From Alphaproteobacteria bacterium (lineage in GTDB: Bacteria > Pseudomonadota > Alphaproteobacteria > Rickettsiales > UBA8987), in NCBI GenBank assembly GCA_030429725.1, contig JAUIEX010000004.1, forward strand, positions 1 to 59,606: a stretch of 59,606 nucleotides of DNA, in the 5' to 3' direction. This document shows, one piece after another, positions 7,757 through 18,366 of this stretch (positions are counted from its first letter, which is position 1; every line of letters begins with the position of its first letter). Under the pieces are notes generated by a model that worked only from the letters and a program-made list of their open reading frames with translations, was not told where the DNA came from and ran no database searches. The translations under genes and the position numbers were made by a program.

Positions 7757-9166
7757 GTGAAGCGAAATTTTTCATCCATTGAACGCCGCGTGCCTTTCCG
7801 CACCTTGTTTAAGGGCATGGCTATCATTGCCCTTGCCCCTTATATGCTGTTGATCATCCTGGTATTACAGGGTCAGATCTCCGCACTGGCCGCCATTGCC
7901 GGCGCAGGATTTATCACGGTTATTTCGCTTATCTTTATCTATCCTTACATTGCCAACCTCTCTGCACTCACCGCCTATGTCCGCCAGTTGGCACAGGATG
8001 ACCGCTCCGCCAAAGCCCCGGATCTAAGCTTCCTCAATAACGTTGAAGAACTTTCTGCCGCGGTGGAAGAGCTGCATCAAAGCTGGGAGGTGCGCCGGCG
8101 CGATCTGGAAAGTTCCATCACGGAAAGCCGCCTGCTGATTGATACCCTCCCCGATATTATTCTGATGCTGGATCAGCATCATAATATCGTTCGCACCAAT
8201 CAAACCGCAAGGCAGCATTTTACCCCCCATCTTTACCGGACAAACCTTGAAGAAGTCGTGTCCTCCCCACCCCTTAAGGAGGCCATCGCCAAGGTGGGAT
8301 TAACGGGTCATGGCGTGACGGTTCCCTATACGATGGATACGCAGCCTCAACGCTTTTTCATGATTGCGATTGAACCTTTCCCGCAGCGTGCCAGTTCCAA
8401 TTACCGCTATATCATTGCCATGCATGATATTACCGAACAAAAACGCACGGAAACCATGCTCTCTGATTTTGTGGCCAATGCCAGCCATGAGATACGCACG
8501 CCGCTGACCACCATGCTTGGCTTTGTTGAAACATTACAGACAACCGCGAAGAATGATAAAGACGCGCTGAATGAGTTTTTGCCGCTCATGCGCCAGCAGG
8601 GGGAGCGCATGGCAAAGCTGGTGCGGGATTTGCTCTCACTTTCCAAGCTGGAGCGCAATCTTTCCAACCCGCCGACGGAGCGATGCTCGCTCACTTCCTT
8701 GCTGGCTAACGCTATTGAGCATCTTTCCCCCAGCGCGGAAGAGCGTCAAATTACCCTCAATAATAAGCTTCCTTCACGCCTGCCGCGTATTATTGGGGAT
8801 CATGAGGAGCTGATACAGGTGTTTGAGAATCTACTCAGCAATGCTATTAAATACTCTCCCAAGCAAACTGAAATCACCATCAGCAGCAGCATTTTGCCAG
8901 CAAATGATAAAGAAGACGGCGAATCCGTCCGTATTAATATCACCGATGAAGGCGACGGCATCCCGGAGGCTGTTATTCCACGCCTAACTGAGCGGTTTTA
9001 CCGCGTGGATACGGCACGTTCCCGTAAAATGGGTGGCACAGGGCTAGGCCTTTCGATCGTTAAATATATTCTCGATCGCCATAACGGACGGTTAAAAATC
9101 AAAAGCACCGAGGGTAAAGGCAGCACATTCAGTGTTATTCTGCCACTGCCGGGCAATAAATCTTAG
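7757..9166 (+). CDS. phoR: Phosphate regulon sensor histidine kinase
   Basis: DFVANASHEIRTPLT H-box, NLLSNAIKY, ERFYRVD and GGTGLGL; start uncertain (GTG 7757 or ATG 7817). Confidence 0.92.
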   Translation: MKRNFSSIERRVPFRTLFKGMAIIALAPYMLLIILVLQGQISALAAIAGAGFITVISLIFIYPYIANLSALTAYVRQLAQDDRSAKAPDLSFLNNVEELSAAVEELHQSWEVRRRDLESSITESRLLIDTLPDIILMLDQHHNIVRTNQTARQHFTPHLYRTNLEEVVSSPPLKEAIAKVGLTGHGVTVPYTMDTQPQRFFMIAIEPFPQRASSNYRYIIAMHDITEQKRTETMLSDFVANASHEIRTPLTTMLGFVETLQTTAKNDKDALNEFLPLMRQQGERMAKLVRDLLSLSKLERNLSNPPTERCSLTSLLANAIEHLSPSAEERQITLNNKLPSRLPRIIGDHEELIQVFENLLSNAIKYSPKQTEITISSSILPANDKEDGESVRINITDEGDGIPEAVIPRLTERFYRVDTARSRKMGGTGLGLSIVKYILDRHNGRLKIKSTEGKGSTFSVILPLPGNKS

Positions 9167-9253
9167 TGCAAAACGTTCAATAGGCGGCTTTCTTTCTCTG
9201 ATAATAGCTGTTAGAAAAAGTACGAAACCGGGAATAGGAGGCATTACACCACC

Positions 9254-10447
9254 ATGGCGGCGCTCTTTTTTATCGCAATTCTGATCGTAATGAGCATCAC
9301 CGCGCTGGCAGTAAACCGCCATGTCAAACATTCGGCAGCCGGAAGGGCAGCCGCCCTGCCCCGTTTTTACAGCATCACTGCGCTGTTATGGGTTGGCGTT
9401 CCGTCTCTGGCCTTGCTGCTTTTCTGCATGATCCGGGGGCAAAATCTTCTCTATTCGGGAGGGCTTTTTGCACTTGGGCTTTCGCTGGCGATGGCTGTCT
9501 TTGCCTGGATCAGGCTTAAGCCTGTTTTTCGGGCGCGGCAGCATCTTGAAAAATGGGTGAAGCTGCTACTGCTGCTGGCAGCAGTGCTGGCGGTTTCCAT
9601 CACCGTGTTAATTGTTCTTTCGCTGGCGTTCGAGGCCTGGCGCTTTTTTGGTATGGTTCCACTCCATGAATTCCTCTTTGGCACGCAATGGAGCCCGCAA
9701 ATTGCACTCCGCGCCGATCAGGCCGGCAGCAGCGGGGCCTTTGGTGCGGTGCCGGTTTTTCTGGGAACGCTCCTTATCACCTTCACCGCCATGATCATCG
9801 CTGCGCCGCTGGGGCTGCTTTCCGCCATTTATCTCTCTGAATATGCCAGCAAGCGCTTTCGCGCCGTTGCCAAGCCGGCGCTGGAGGTGTTGGCGGGCAT
9901 TCCAACCGTGGTTTACGGCTATTTCGCGGCCGTTACCTTCGCGCCGTTATTGCGTGGGTTGGGAGAAAATTTAGGGCTGGATGTTGCCAGTGAGAGTGCG
10001 CTGGCAGCCGGCCTTGTGATGGGTGTCATGATTATTCCTTATGTGATGTCGCTTTCGGATGATGTAATCAACGCCGTGCCGAATGATCTGCGCATGGGCG
10101 CGCGGGCATTGGGTGCCACCCCTTCTGAAACGATCCGTCAGGTGGTGTTGCCGGCGGCACTTCCGGGCGTGATGGGGGCATTATTGCTCGCAATCTCACG
10201 CGGCATCGGTGAAACCATGATTGTGGTGATGGCCGCAGGTTTGGCCGCGAATCTGACAATCAACCCGCTGGATTCCGTGACCACCGTCACCGCGCAGATC
10301 GTCAGCCTGCTGGTGGGGGATCAGGAATTTGACAGCCCCAAAACACTGGCGGCTTTCGGCCTGAGCCTGGTGCTGTTTACCGCCACCTTTATCCTCAATT
10401 TTATCGCCATGGTGATTGTGAAGAAATACCGGGAACAATATGACTGA
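9254..10447 (+). CDS. pstC: Phosphate ABC transporter permease
   Basis: FLFGTQWSPQ, LEVLAGIPTVVYG and SRGIGETMIV. Confidence 0.95.
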   Translation: MAALFFIAILIVMSITALAVNRHVKHSAAGRAAALPRFYSITALLWVGVPSLALLLFCMIRGQNLLYSGGLFALGLSLAMAVFAWIRLKPVFRARQHLEKWVKLLLLLAAVLAVSITVLIVLSLAFEAWRFFGMVPLHEFLFGTQWSPQIALRADQAGSSGAFGAVPVFLGTLLITFTAMIIAAPLGLLSAIYLSEYASKRFRAVAKPALEVLAGIPTVVYGYFAAVTFAPLLRGLGENLGLDVASESALAAGLVMGVMIIPYVMSLSDDVINAVPNDLRMGARALGATPSETIRQVVLPAALPGVMGALLLAISRGIGETMIVVMAAGLAANLTINPLDSVTTVTAQIVSLLVGDQEFDSPKTLAAFGLSLVLFTATFILNFIAMVIVKKYREQYD

Positions 10448-11699
10448 TCCAGCCATGCATAGCCTCAAACTCACGCCCGAACACCCGGACTATAAGCGCC
10501 TGCGAAAAAGACGTGCAAAAGAGCGGCGCTTCCAGCTTTATGGGCTTCTGGCGATCATTTTCTCTGCAGTTTTTTTGGCTGGGCTGCTCGTCAGCATCAT
10601 CGGCAAGGGCGCGCCTGCTTTCGTGACCACCGAAATTTTTCTGCCCGTTCCCGACATTGCTTTGGCTGAAGAAAATCCGCGCAAAGCCATCCAAACCAGC
10701 ATCAGAAGCCTGTTTCCGGAGGTGGAAGACCGGCGGCAGAAACGCGACCTTTACGGCCTGATCAGCAAAGGTGCGCCGCAACAACTGGCCACCGCCATCG
10801 CAGAAGGGTCAATCGCGGCGGATGGAGGTATCTGGGTCAGTGCTGCCAGTGATGTGGACATGGTGCGGAAAGGGAAGATTGACAGAGACGCGCCGGCGCA
10901 TCTGCGCCGGGTGAATGATGTGCAGCTTGGCTGGATTGCAGCGCTGGAGGAGCAGGGGCGTGTGCGTCTGTCTTTCAACAGAAACCTCTTCACCCAGGCC
11001 GACAGTCGGGAGCCGGAGCTTGCGGGCATCCTCGGCGCACTGACCGGCTCTCTTATGTCATTATTTATCTGCCTGCTGGTGGCCATGCCGGTTGGCATTG
11101 GCGCGGCCATTTACCTGCAGGAATTTGCCCCGAAAAACAAGATCACCGTCATCATTGAGCTATGCATTAACAATCTGGCGGCCGTGCCATCCATTGTCTT
11201 TGGCTTGCTGGCGCTGGCCGTATACCTGCATTTCTTTAATCTGCCACGCAGCAGCCCCTTGGTTGGCGGGTTGGCGCTGGCCTTGTTGATTCTACCGATT
11301 ATCGTGGTAACGTCCCGCACGGCGATTGCCGCCGTTCCCCCATCCATCCGCGATGCGGCCATTGGGCTGGGCGCCAGCCGCACTCAGGCGATGTTCCATC
11401 ATGTGCTGCCCTTATCCCTGCCCGGCATTATGACCGGAACCATCCTCAGTATTGCCCGCGCACTGGGCGAAACCGCACCACTGCTGATGATCGGCATGGT
11501 GGCTTTCGTCGCGGATGTGCCGGCAGATCTCACCTCCCCGTCCACGGCCATGCCGGTGCAGATTTACCTGTGGTCAGACAGTCCGGAAATGGGCTTTGCG
11601 GAGAAAACATCCGCCGCCATCATGATATTGTTGGTCTTGCTGGCAGTGCTGAATGGCTTCGCCAGTTGGTTAAGGAAGAAGACGGAGCGGCGATGGTAA
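10440..11699 (+). CDS. pstA: Phosphate ABC transporter permease
   Basis: NNLAAVPSIVFGL and ARALGETAPL; overlaps pstC. Confidence 0.95.
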   Translation: MTDPAMHSLKLTPEHPDYKRLRKRRAKERRFQLYGLLAIIFSAVFLAGLLVSIIGKGAPAFVTTEIFLPVPDIALAEENPRKAIQTSIRSLFPEVEDRRQKRDLYGLISKGAPQQLATAIAEGSIAADGGIWVSAASDVDMVRKGKIDRDAPAHLRRVNDVQLGWIAALEEQGRVRLSFNRNLFTQADSREPELAGILGALTGSLMSLFICLLVAMPVGIGAAIYLQEFAPKNKITVIIELCINNLAAVPSIVFGLLALAVYLHFFNLPRSSPLVGGLALALLILPIIVVTSRTAIAAVPPSIRDAAIGLGASRTQAMFHHVLPLSLPGIMTGTILSIARALGETAPLLMIGMVAFVADVPADLTSPSTAMPVQIYLWSDSPEMGFAEKTSAAIMILLVLLAVLNGFASWLRKKTERRW

Positions 11700-11703
11700 T
11701 TCA

Positions 11704-11777
11704 GATGATTGATAATGGATGATAGATTGGTGAAATTCCAATTACTCAATCATCCATCATCTATTATCCATAATCAA
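11704..11777. repeat. Degenerate heptamer repeats in inverted arrangement between pstA and pstB
   Basis: GATGATT GATAATG GATGATA... facing ...ATCATCC ATCATCT ATTATCC ATAATCA. Confidence 0.65.
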
Positions 11778-11790
11778 ATCAGGACAAGAT

Positions 11791-12579
11791 ATGACAAAGA
11801 AAGATAAGACTAAAAAAACACCAAAAACCCGGATGGAAGCACAGAATCTGAGCGTGCTTTATGGCGGCAAGCCGGCGCTGCATGGGGTGGATTTAACCAT
11901 TCCCAACCACCGCGTGACCGCATTGATCGGGCCTTCCGGCTGTGGGAAATCCACTTTTCTGCGCTGCCTGAACCGCATGAATGATCTGGTGGAAGGCTGT
12001 GAAGTGCAGGGGAAGGTATTGCTGGATAACAATAATATCTATTCCAGCCATGTTGATCCCGTTCTCCTCCGTGAAAAGGTGGGAATGGTGTTCCAGAAGC
12101 CGAACCCATTCCCGAAATCCATTTATGATAATGTGGCCTATGGCCCCCGCCTGCATGGCATGGCCGATAGCCGTGATGCGCTGGACGAAATCGTGCAGAA
12201 ATCCCTTAAGCGGGCGGGCATCTGGAAAGAGGTAAAAGACCGGCTGCATGAGCCCGGCACGGCACTTTCCGGCGGGCAGCAGCAGCGTCTCTGCATTGCC
12301 CGCACCATTGCGGTGAACCCGGAAGTGGTGCTGATGGACGAGCCATGCAGCGCACTTGATCCGATTGCCACGGGCATTATTGAGGAACTGATTGCAGAGC
12401 TGAAAAAGAAATACACGATTGTGATCGTTACCCATTCCATGCAGCAGGCACGGCGGGTTTCGGATTATACCGCCTTTTTCCATCTGGGAAATATTGTGGA
12501 GAAAGGAGAGACGGCCAAAATCTTTGAATCACCGAAGAAGAAGCAGACCAAAGAATATATCAGCGGTAAATATGGCTGA
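11791..12579 (+). CDS. pstB: Phosphate ABC transporter ATPase
   Basis: [26 protein letters not shown] and DEPCSALDP. Confidence 0.97.
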   Translation: MTKKDKTKKTPKTRMEAQNLSVLYGGKPALHGVDLTIPNHRVTALIGPSGCGKSTFLRCLNRMNDLVEGCEVQGKVLLDNNNIYSSHVDPVLLREKVGMVFQKPNPFPKSIYDNVAYGPRLHGMADSRDALDEIVQKSLKRAGIWKEVKDRLHEPGTALSGGQQQRLCIARTIAVNPEVVLMDEPCSALDPIATGIIEELIAELKKKYTIVIVTHSMQQARRVSDYTAFFHLGNIVEKGETAKIFESPKKKQTKEYISGKYG

Positions 12580-13285
12580 TCCTGTGGTGCATATTCTGGT
12601 GGTGGAGGATGAGGAAGCCATCCTGCGCCTGATTCAGTATAATCTGGATGCGGCGGGCTATGCCGTGCGCACACAAATGGACGGCGCGGCCGCGCTGGAC
12701 GATATTGAAGACAATCCGCCGGATCTTCTGGTGCTGGACTGGATGCTGCCGGAGGTGGATGGCATTGAAATCTGTGAATATATTCGGGAATCGGAAACAC
12801 ACCGCCATATTCCCATCATCATGCTGACGGCGCGCGGGGAGGAGGAAGACCGCTTGCGCGGACTGGATGCCGGGGCGGATGATTATATGGTTAAGCCTTT
12901 CTCGCCCAAAGAGCTGGTGGCACGCATTGGCGCGGTGCTGCGGCGCGTGCGCCCAAGCCTTGCCAGACAGGTGATTGAAGCCGGGAAGCTGCATGCGGAT
13001 ACGGAGCGCGGAAAGCTTTCCTTAAAGCAGGGCGAAAAACGTGTGGCTGTGAAATGCGGCCCAACGGAATTCCGCCTTGCCTGCCAGCTGATGGAGCATG
13101 CCGGACATGTGCAAAGCCGCAGCCAGCTGCTGGATGCGGTGTGGCAGGATAAGGAATTAGGCTATGATTCCCGCACGGTGGATGTGCATATCCGGCGCCT
13201 GCGTAAGGCGCTGGATGATGCGGCGGCGCATGCCGGTGATCTGATTGAAACGGTGCGTGGCCTTGGCTATCGGCTGGAGCCTTAG
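12572..13285 (+). CDS. phoB: Phosphate regulon response regulator
   Basis: Receiver domain LDWMLP, GADDY.KPFS and winged helix [15 protein letters not shown] 12572 overlaps the pstB end. Confidence 0.93.
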   Translation: MADPVVHILVVEDEEAILRLIQYNLDAAGYAVRTQMDGAAALDDIEDNPPDLLVLDWMLPEVDGIEICEYIRESETHRHIPIIMLTARGEEEDRLRGLDAGADDYMVKPFSPKELVARIGAVLRRVRPSLARQVIEAGKLHADTERGKLSLKQGEKRVAVKCGPTEFRLACQLMEHAGHVQSRSQLLDAVWQDKELGYDSRTVDVHIRRLRKALDDAAAHAGDLIETVRGLGYRLEP

Positions 13286-13460
13286 ACGCTGTTATTAAAT
13301 TAGGAAATATTTTGCCATGGTTCTCCCAATTGCAGCTTAAATCGTCGCTCGCTTCGTTAAGGCACTTGCCCGCAGAACCACTACGCGCTGCGTTCTTTTC
13401 CTTGCGAATCAACGATTTAAGCCAGCAACAAAATGTCTCCTAATTTAATAACAGTGGCTA
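13283..13460. mobile_element. MITE-like element (family F), 178 nt, TA-flanked
   Basis: Terminal inverted repeats TAGACGCTGTTATTAAATTAGGAAATATTTTG / CAAAATGTCTCCTAATTTAATAACAGTGGCTA; homologous to 32069-32160. Confidence 0.88.
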
Positions 13461-14036
13461 GCGGGACATGGCGGCACTGGCCTTCTGCGGTGGCGCGTTA
13501 TTATCCAGCCCCCTGAACCGCCCAACATTTTCCACATCCAGGCTTGTGTGATAAACAGCAAAAAGAGCATCCGCCAGTAATCCGGATTCCGGCACGCCAA
13601 GTTCCGGATCAAGCTCAAACCGCTCGTCATCGTGGTAGCGCTTCAGCTGCAGCCCCAGATAATGATCTTTCATTTCCGAGACCAGTTCGGGAGTTAACTC
13701 CCCTTTTTTACTTTGCAGCAGCACATCGTATAATTTTTCGGCAAATTGATCGCTGGCCGCTTTCAGCCCTTCCAGATATTCGATCTGAGCCTCAAGATTT
13801 TCCGGCATGTCTTCCTTCAGCCAGTCTATTTCATCATCAATGGCCTTGCTGAACCGAACGAGCTTGGCATGTGCTTTGGCCAGATGTCTCCGCTCCGCAT
13901 GGGCAATGTCCTGCCGATTGAGCGTCTTGGCAAACAACTCACTGGAAATCATTTTCAGCCCGTCATTCCAGAGTTTTTCCGGCGCCATGAGGTTTTGCAT
14001 CAATTCCGCGGCCAGTTTTTTATCTTCTTCCTGCAT
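13458..14036 (-). CDS. Hypothetical helical protein, orphan
   Basis: 192-aa ORF with GGAGG RBS; ends ...DNNAPPQKASAAMSR. Confidence 0.75.
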   Translation of the reverse strand: MQEEDKKLAAELMQNLMAPEKLWNDGLKMISSELFAKTLNRQDIAHAERRHLAKAHAKLVRFSKAIDDEIDWLKEDMPENLEAQIEYLEGLKAASDQFAEKLYDVLLQSKKGELTPELVSEMKDHYLGLQLKRYHDDERFELDPELGVPESGLLADALFAVYHTSLDVENVGRFRGLDNNAPPQKASAAMSR

Positions 14037-14058
14037 GCTCGATCCTCCAAACTGTTTC

Positions 14059-14090
14059 AGTTTACGACAGAAAAGTTAATAAAGAATTCT
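14059..14090 (-). promoter_or_regulatory. CtrA-type half site plus -10
   Basis: AGAA-N7-TTAA, 11 nt, TAAACT on the minus strand. Confidence 0.55.
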
Positions 14091-14177
14091 GAGATAGAAA
14101 AAATTAGACATATTCAGCGCATCAAGAACCTTGTAGTTCTGCTTGAGCCAACCACGCGTACCGCCTAGTTTAGCGCC

Positions 14178-16964
14178 ATGACCCTCCCAAAACATTTATA
14201 CCTGATTGACGGCTATGGCTTTGTTTTCCGCGCCTATCACGCCATCCGCCCGCTGACAAACGGTGAGGGCGTGCCGGTGAATGCCGTGTTTGGCTTTACC
14301 CGCATGTTGATGAATATCCGCAAGCGCGCACTGGATGAGGGCGCTTCCAGCCTGCTTGTGGTGTTTGATGCCGGCAAAACCACCTTCCGGAACGACATTT
14401 ATGCCGAATATAAAGCCAACCGCCCGCCGGCGCCGGAAGATCTGATCCCGCAATTTGAGCTGGTGCGGCAGGCGGCCAGGGCGATGAACCTGCCTTCCTG
14501 CGCGATTGCCGGTTTCGAGGCGGATGATATCATCGCCACCTATGCCGCCAAAGCCCGAAAAGACGGCACGAAAGTGACCATTGTTTCTTCCGATAAAGAC
14601 CTCATGCAGCTGGTGGATGACAGGGTTGAAATGTATGATGCGATGAAAGATCGTGTGATTCAACCAGCTGAAGTGGAAGAGAAATTTGGCGTTGCGCCGG
14701 CAAAAGTGCTGGACATGCTGGCGCTGATGGGGGACAGCTCGGATAACATCCCCGGCGTACCCGGCATTGGCCCGAAAACGGCGGCCGAGCTGCTGAACCA
14801 GTTTGGCACGCTGGAGGAATTGCTGGCGCGTGCGGAAGAAATTCCACAGAAAAAGCGCCGGGAAAGTTTAATTGAATTTGCCGATCAGGCACTTCTTTCC
14901 AAGCAGCTTGCCGCGTTACATTATGATGTGCCGGTGCCGTTTGCCCTGCATGATTTAATGGTGCAGCCGGCCGATGAGGAAACGTTATCCTCTTTCCTGA
15001 ATCAGCATGGCTTCAAAAGCCTGCTTGCAGCAGCTGGCCTTGCTTCCAAACCGCATCAGGGCACGGCAACAGCAGCCGCAACGGCAACGGCAGCAACGAG
15101 CAATCAGCCCATCACAGCAGCCGCGTCTTCCACCCTAAAACCAATATTGATCGAATCACCGCACGCGTTGGAAATCTTCCTTCAGGATGTCACGGCAGAT
15201 TCTCAGATTGCTCTGCTGCCTTTATTGCACGGCGCGCATCATCAGCCAAAAGCGGCGGGAATCTGGCTGGTGCGGCAGGCAGCGCTGGCATATGTGCCGC
15301 TGCATCAGGGGCACTTCATGCCCACTGATTTATTTGGCAATCGGGATGATGATCAAAGCGAAGGCGGCGTTTCACCTCATAGCCTCATTCAGGCACTCAC
15401 CCCGGCACTCACAGAAGATGGCCTGCTGAAAGTGACAACGGATGCCAAAGCGCTTCGACATTTTCTTGCCTGCTATGGCGCTGCCACAAATGCCACCATC
15501 CAATTGGAGGATGTCTGCTTAATGGCCTATGCCCATGGCGGCACGCGCACGGCGCGCAGCATCCCTGCTTTGGCGGAAGCCTATTTAACACAAGAGATTA
15601 CACTACCCGATTGGTTCGGCAAGAAGCCGGAAAAGGCCATGGAGGAAGAGCCGCAAGCCATTATGGATGCTCTTGCTCCGGCGGCCTATGCATTGCTGCC
15701 ACTTTATGCTGCGTTGCAGCATTCCCTGATAGAGAATCGCAACCTCACCCTCTATTACATGCTTGAAAAGCCACTTTCTCCTATTCTTTATGCCATGGAG
15801 CGGCGTGGCATCCTGCTGGATCGTGTTGCATTGCAGCATATGTCGCAGGATTTTGCCACCCGCATGGCAGCGCTGGAAAAATCCGCGCATCAGGCAGCCG
15901 GAAAAGAATTTTCCATTGGTTCACCGAAGCAATTAGGTGAGATTTTATTTGATGATATGAGCATTGAGGGTGGCAAGAAATCAAAAAAATCAGGTCAGTA
16001 TAGCACAGATTCAGATGTGCTGGAAAAGCTGGCTGTTAACCATCCCATCGCCGGAATCGTGCTGGACTGGCGGATGCTGGCTAAACTGAAAAGCACCTAT
16101 ACCGATACGCTGGCCAAGCTGGCGGATGTGGAAGGGCGGGTTCATACCACCTTCAGCATGACCGCCACCAGCACCGGGCGGTTAAGCTCATTGCAGCCGA
16201 ATGTGCAGAATATTCCCATTCGCACCGAGGAAGGGCGGAAGATTCGCACTGCTTTCCGCGCCGGCGAGGGGATGAAACTTATTGGCGCGGATTATTCGCA
16301 GATTGAGCTGCGCCTGCTGGCACATATTGCCGATATGGATAGCCTGAAGAATGCCTTTAAACATCATCTGGATATTCACGCCGCCACGGCAAGCCAGGTT
16401 TTCGGTGTGCCGCTGCAGGAAATCACCCCGGAACTGCGGCGGCGTGCGAAAACGGTTAATTTTGGGATTATTTATGGCCAGAGCGCCTTTGGGCTGGCCA
16501 AACAGCTTGGTATTAGCCGCACGGAGGCCGCCACACTCATCGAAGCCTATTTTAAGCAATATCCCGGTATTCAAACCTATATGGATTCCGCCATTGCTTA
16601 TGCCAGAAAGCATGGTCATGTCCTCACTTTGCTCAATCGGCGCTGTGAAATGGCGGGAATCAACAGTAAAAACCCCAGTGAGCGGCAATTTGCCGAGCGC
16701 GCGGCAATCAATGCGCCGCTGCAAGGCTCTGCAGCAGATATCATTAAGAAAGCGATGGTGGAGCTTAATGCTGCATTGCAGTATCAGTTTCCGCAAGCGC
16801 GGCTACTTTTGCAGGTGCATGACGAACTTTTAATCGAAGCGCCGGAAAATCAGGCAGAAGAAGTGGCAAAGCTTACGCAGCGCATGATGCAGAACACGTT
16901 GCAGCTTTCCGTGCCGCTGACGGTGGATGTGGCGATTGGCGATCATTGGGGTGAGGTACATTAA
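14178..16964 (+). CDS. polA: DNA polymerase I
   Basis: 5'-3' exonuclease (LIDGYGFVFRAYHA, EADD) and PolA motifs ADYSQIELR, RRRAKTVNFGIIYG and LQVHDEL. Confidence 0.97.
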   Translation: MTLPKHLYLIDGYGFVFRAYHAIRPLTNGEGVPVNAVFGFTRMLMNIRKRALDEGASSLLVVFDAGKTTFRNDIYAEYKANRPPAPEDLIPQFELVRQAARAMNLPSCAIAGFEADDIIATYAAKARKDGTKVTIVSSDKDLMQLVDDRVEMYDAMKDRVIQPAEVEEKFGVAPAKVLDMLALMGDSSDNIPGVPGIGPKTAAELLNQFGTLEELLARAEEIPQKKRRESLIEFADQALLSKQLAALHYDVPVPFALHDLMVQPADEETLSSFLNQHGFKSLLAAAGLASKPHQGTATAAATATAATSNQPITAAASSTLKPILIESPHALEIFLQDVTADSQIALLPLLHGAHHQPKAAGIWLVRQAALAYVPLHQGHFMPTDLFGNRDDDQSEGGVSPHSLIQALTPALTEDGLLKVTTDAKALRHFLACYGAATNATIQLEDVCLMAYAHGGTRTARSIPALAEAYLTQEITLPDWFGKKPEKAMEEEPQAIMDALAPAAYALLPLYAALQHSLIENRNLTLYYMLEKPLSPILYAMERRGILLDRVALQHMSQDFATRMAALEKSAHQAAGKEFSIGSPKQLGEILFDDMSIEGGKKSKKSGQYSTDSDVLEKLAVNHPIAGIVLDWRMLAKLKSTYTDTLAKLADVEGRVHTTFSMTATSTGRLSSLQPNVQNIPIRTEEGRKIRTAFRAGEGMKLIGADYSQIELRLLAHIADMDSLKNAFKHHLDIHAATASQVFGVPLQEITPELRRRAKTVNFGIIYGQSAFGLAKQLGISRTEAATLIEAYFKQYPGIQTYMDSAIAYARKHGHVLTLLNRRCEMAGINSKNPSERQFAERAAINAPLQGSAADIIKKAMVELNAALQYQFPQARLLLQVHDELLIEAPENQAEEVAKLTQRMMQNTLQLSVPLTVDVAIGDHWGEVH

Positions 16965-16966
16965 CC

Positions 16967-17893
16967 ATGACAGCATTAGATATTGCAGCGCAGCATTTTT
17001 CCACCATTGCCATCATCGGCCCCACCAATGCCGGGAAATCCACGCTGCTTAACCGCATTTTGCGGCAGAAGGTGGCCATCGTCACTCCTAAAGTACAAAC
17101 CACACGCAGCCGAATCACCGGTATTCTGACCGAAGCCCCGCACCAGCTGGTTTTTATTGATACGCCGGGCTTGTTTGCGCCCAAAAAGCTGCTGGATCGT
17201 GCCATGCTGAAGGCCGCGTGGGATAGCCTTGAAATGGCGGATATCGCACTTTTTACCGTGGATGCCTCCAAAGATATCAGCCTGTTGGAAGGCTTTATCC
17301 GGCAATTGAATCAAGCCAAAGAACATGGGCTTGTGCCGCCTGTCTGGCTGGTTTTAAATCAGGTTGATAAGGTCAAGCAGAAGGAAAAATTATTGTTACT
17401 GGCGCAAAGCCTCTCACAGCAAGTGCAGGCAGATCAGGTTTTTATGATTTCCAGCACCAAGCAAAATGGTGGCGTGGAAAATTTAGTGCAGAGCTTGAAA
17501 AAGGCTTCAAAACCACATCCATGGGCGCATGATGAAGAGGAAATTACCACCCTTCCAAACAAGCTTTTTGCAGCGGAAATCACACGTGAAGCGCTCATGT
17601 TTGCCATGCAGAATGAGCTTCCTTATGTGCTTTCGGTGGAAACCGAACAATGGGAGGAGCGCACCACGCCCAGTCTGTCCATTCATATTTCTCAGGTTAT
17701 TTTGGTGAAAACCGAAGGCCAGAAGGCGATTATCGTTGGCAAAGGCGGGCAGAGCATTAAGGCGATCGGCCAGCGTTCCCGAGAGCAACTCAGCAAGCTC
17801 TATGAGATGCCGGTGCATCTCAAATTATTCGTCAAACTTGCCCCAAAATGGGATGAGCGTTCTGAAAATCTCGCGGAAATCGGCCTGCATTAG
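16967..17893 (+). CDS. era: GTPase Era
   Basis: GPTNAGKST, QTTR, DTPG and KH domain (IIVGKGG). Confidence 0.95.
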   Translation: MTALDIAAQHFSTIAIIGPTNAGKSTLLNRILRQKVAIVTPKVQTTRSRITGILTEAPHQLVFIDTPGLFAPKKLLDRAMLKAAWDSLEMADIALFTVDASKDISLLEGFIRQLNQAKEHGLVPPVWLVLNQVDKVKQKEKLLLLAQSLSQQVQADQVFMISSTKQNGGVENLVQSLKKASKPHPWAHDEEEITTLPNKLFAAEITREALMFAMQNELPYVLSVETEQWEERTTPSLSIHISQVILVKTEGQKAIIVGKGGQSIKAIGQRSREQLSKLYEMPVHLKLFVKLAPKWDERSENLAEIGLH

Positions 17894-17897
17894 CCCT

Positions 17898-18359
17898 CTA
17901 TAAGGAAGGCTTTTCCTCCGGGCTTTGCTTTTGCTCCACCGCACTGCCTTCTTCCTGTTCATTCAGGCTTTCCAGTTTTTTCATGGATTTTTCCGTCGAA
18001 ATCACCAGCTCTTCAAACACATCAAACAGCGCGCGAATTTTCTCGGAAGCCTGTGTTTCTTTTTCCACCTGCTGCGCTTTTTCCTGCACCACCTGCGCCG
18101 TATCTTCCATACTGCGCCGCGCCTGCTGCCCCCATTCTTTGAGTTTACCGGTAAAATCCAGCGCCTTCATGGCCGCACTTTCCGCTTCCAGCACCGTCAC
18201 ACGCTCCTGCAACAGCGTCACCTTATCGCCCATCAACTTGGCATAAAATAATGCACCCACCGCAATGGCGATGGCAAAAAAGATACCCAGCAGCAGCACC
18301 GCCTGCGTTCCGTTACTGTTGTTACAATTCTGTGATGGCTGATTCATATCGTATCCCAT
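17898..18359 (-). CDS. Hypothetical membrane-anchored coiled-coil protein
   Basis: N-terminal TM segment followed by a charged helical region. Confidence 0.7.
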   Translation of the reverse strand: MGYDMNQPSQNCNNSNGTQAVLLLGIFFAIAIAVGALFYAKLMGDKVTLLQERVTVLEAESAAMKALDFTGKLKEWGQQARRSMEDTAQVVQEKAQQVEKETQASEKIRALFDVFEELVISTEKSMKKLESLNEQEEGSAVEQKQSPEEKPSL

Positions 18360-18366
18360 GGTTCAA

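Noticed and set aside
15061-15130. Ala/Thr-rich segment in polA as another element insertion
   Set aside because: Simple low-complexity interdomain linker; no match to families A-F.
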